NCBI GenBank assembly: GCA_030390025.1
Contig: CM059425.1
Location: forward strand, 170,750,001 to 170,814,000
Length of the DNA: 64,000 bases
From: Squalus acanthias
Lineage: Eukaryota
Direction: 5' to 3'
Positions 62,458-64,000 of the stretch are shown in pieces (positions within the stretch are counted from its first letter, which is position 1; each line of letters starts with the position of its first letter). The notes beneath the pieces were generated by a model. It was not told the origin of the DNA and ran no database searches. It saw nothing but the letters and a program-made list of their open reading frames with translations. The translations under genes were made by a program, and so were the position numbers.

Positions 62458-63560
62458 TGTTGCAGTGCATCCTTTAGATAGTACACACCGCAGACATGGT
62501 ACATCAGTGGTGGAGGAAGTGGATGTTTAAGCTGGTGATTAAGCAAACTGTTTTGCCCTGGATTGAGTTGAGCTTCTTGAGTGTTGTTGCAGCTGTAATT
62601 GGAGAGTATTTCATCTCAATCCTGACTTGTGCCTTGTAGGAGGTAAATAGACTTTGGGGAGTCAGAAGGTTAGCTACCCACCACAGAATATCCAGCCTCT
62701 GACCTTCTCTAATAGCCACGGTATTTATGTGGCTGGTCCAGTTGAGTTTCTGATCGATGGAGACCCGAGGATGTTGATGGTGGGGGACTAGGTGATGGTA
62801 ATGCCCTTGAATGTCAAATGGAGATGCTTAGGCTCTTTCTGTTGTTGGAGATGGTCATTGTTTGACACAAATATTACTTGCCACTTATCAGCCCAAGTCT
62901 GGATGTTGTCCAGGTCTTGCTGCATGTGCCCATAGATTGCTTCATTATCTGAAGATTATCTGAAAATGGAGCAGAACACTGTGAACAGCCCCATTTCTGA
63001 CCTTATGATGGAGGGTCATTGATGAAGCAGCTGAAAATAGTTGGGCCTAGGACACTGCCCTGAGGAACTCCTGCAGCGACGTCCTGGAGCTGAGATGATT
63101 GGCCTGCAACAACCACAACCATCTTCCAGTGTGCCAGGTATGACTCCAGCCAGTGGAAAGTTTTCCCCCTCATTTCCATTGACTTCAGTTTTACTCGGGC
63201 TCCTTGGTGCCACTTTCAGCTAAATGCTGCCTTGATGTCAAGGGCAGTCACTCTCACCTCACCTCTGGAATTAAACTCTTTTGTCCATGTCTGCATCAAG
63301 GCCGTAATGAGGTCGGGAGCTGAGTGGTCTTGGCATCAGTGAGCAGGTTATTGGTGAGTAAGTGCCACTTGATAGCACTATTGACAACTTCTTCTATCAC
63401 TTTACAGATGATCGAGAGCAGGCTGATAGCACAGTAATTGGCCAGGTTGGATTTGTCCTGCTTTTTGTGGACAGGACATACCTGGACATTTTCCACATTG
63501 TAGGATAAATGCCAGTATTGTAACTGTATTGGAATAGTTTAGCTAGGGGTATGGCTGGAT
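62458..63560 (-). mobile_element. L2/CR1-group LINE, decayed RT region
   Basis: VCPVHKKQDKSNLANYCAISLLS; ALDIKAAF; QRLDILWWV..YKAQVR. Confidence 0.8.
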
Positions 63561-64000
63561 CTGCTTCAACACTTCAGACAAAGGTTAAACTTAAGTCATA
63601 CTTGTTTGCTTTTCCTCATTGTATAATATATCATTTTAATTTTATTTGAAAATATACGCACCACAAGACTGAATAAATCAAAAATATGACTAGCCGAAAC
63701 TAAAGTTGCCACAGCCATTGTGGGTAATGCCAAAGTATTTAATGAAAACCCAGGGATATAGTCACTAGCCACTGCTAAGATTTGGAAACTTGGATTGCCC
63801 ATGCTCAGTCACAGGGATGGGGTACCATTAAATTACAAATGGTTGGAAGTGAAAACTGGAAGGGTATGGCCACAGGACCAGGAGTCTGAAGGCGGATCTC
63901 ATACAGGAGTTCAACATAGATTAAGCATAGGAATCACGGAATAGAGGAGTAAAAGTATAGAGAGGTATTGATTAAGAACTGGTTCATATACTGAGTTTAT

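Noticed and set aside
63596..63802. 68-aa hydrophobic minus-strand ORF as a first exon
   Set aside because: Weak donor and no recognisable homology.

Overview
Eukaryotic, vertebrate-type genomic DNA; the repeat families point to a cartilaginous fish (inference). The window is mostly nested transposable elements, and no intact host gene is recognisable. Main contents: (1) an 11.8-kb PIF/Harbinger DNA transposon (2759-14573; transposase plus convergent spliced Myb/SANT gene) invaded by two CR1 LINEs, one itself hit by a MITE; (2) a 5'-truncated CR1 whose endonuclease-RT frame is fully open (14963-17973); (3) many decayed CR1, L2/CR1-group and Penelope fragments, some Penelope ends carrying minimal hammerhead-ribozyme motifs; (4) Harbinger-derived non-autonomous elements and MITEs, including three copies of a ~750-bp family; (5) a 6.8-kb array of a 32-bp unit (~213 copies) that appears to derive from the head of a tRNA-derived SINE and has a 1856-bp higher-order period; (6) a 4970-bp LTR element (50378-55347, minus strand) with 778-bp LTRs, TAGG target duplication, tRNA-Leu PBS and PPT, a decayed env-like gene and no recognisable pol. 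Some unique segments have minus-strand splice sites and may be exons of a decayed or non-coding gene, but support is weak. No prokaryotic system (CRISPR, retron, etc.) is supported. Everything was read by eye; family names come from motif recognition, not database searches, and fragment boundaries are approximate unless TSD/TIR positions are given.
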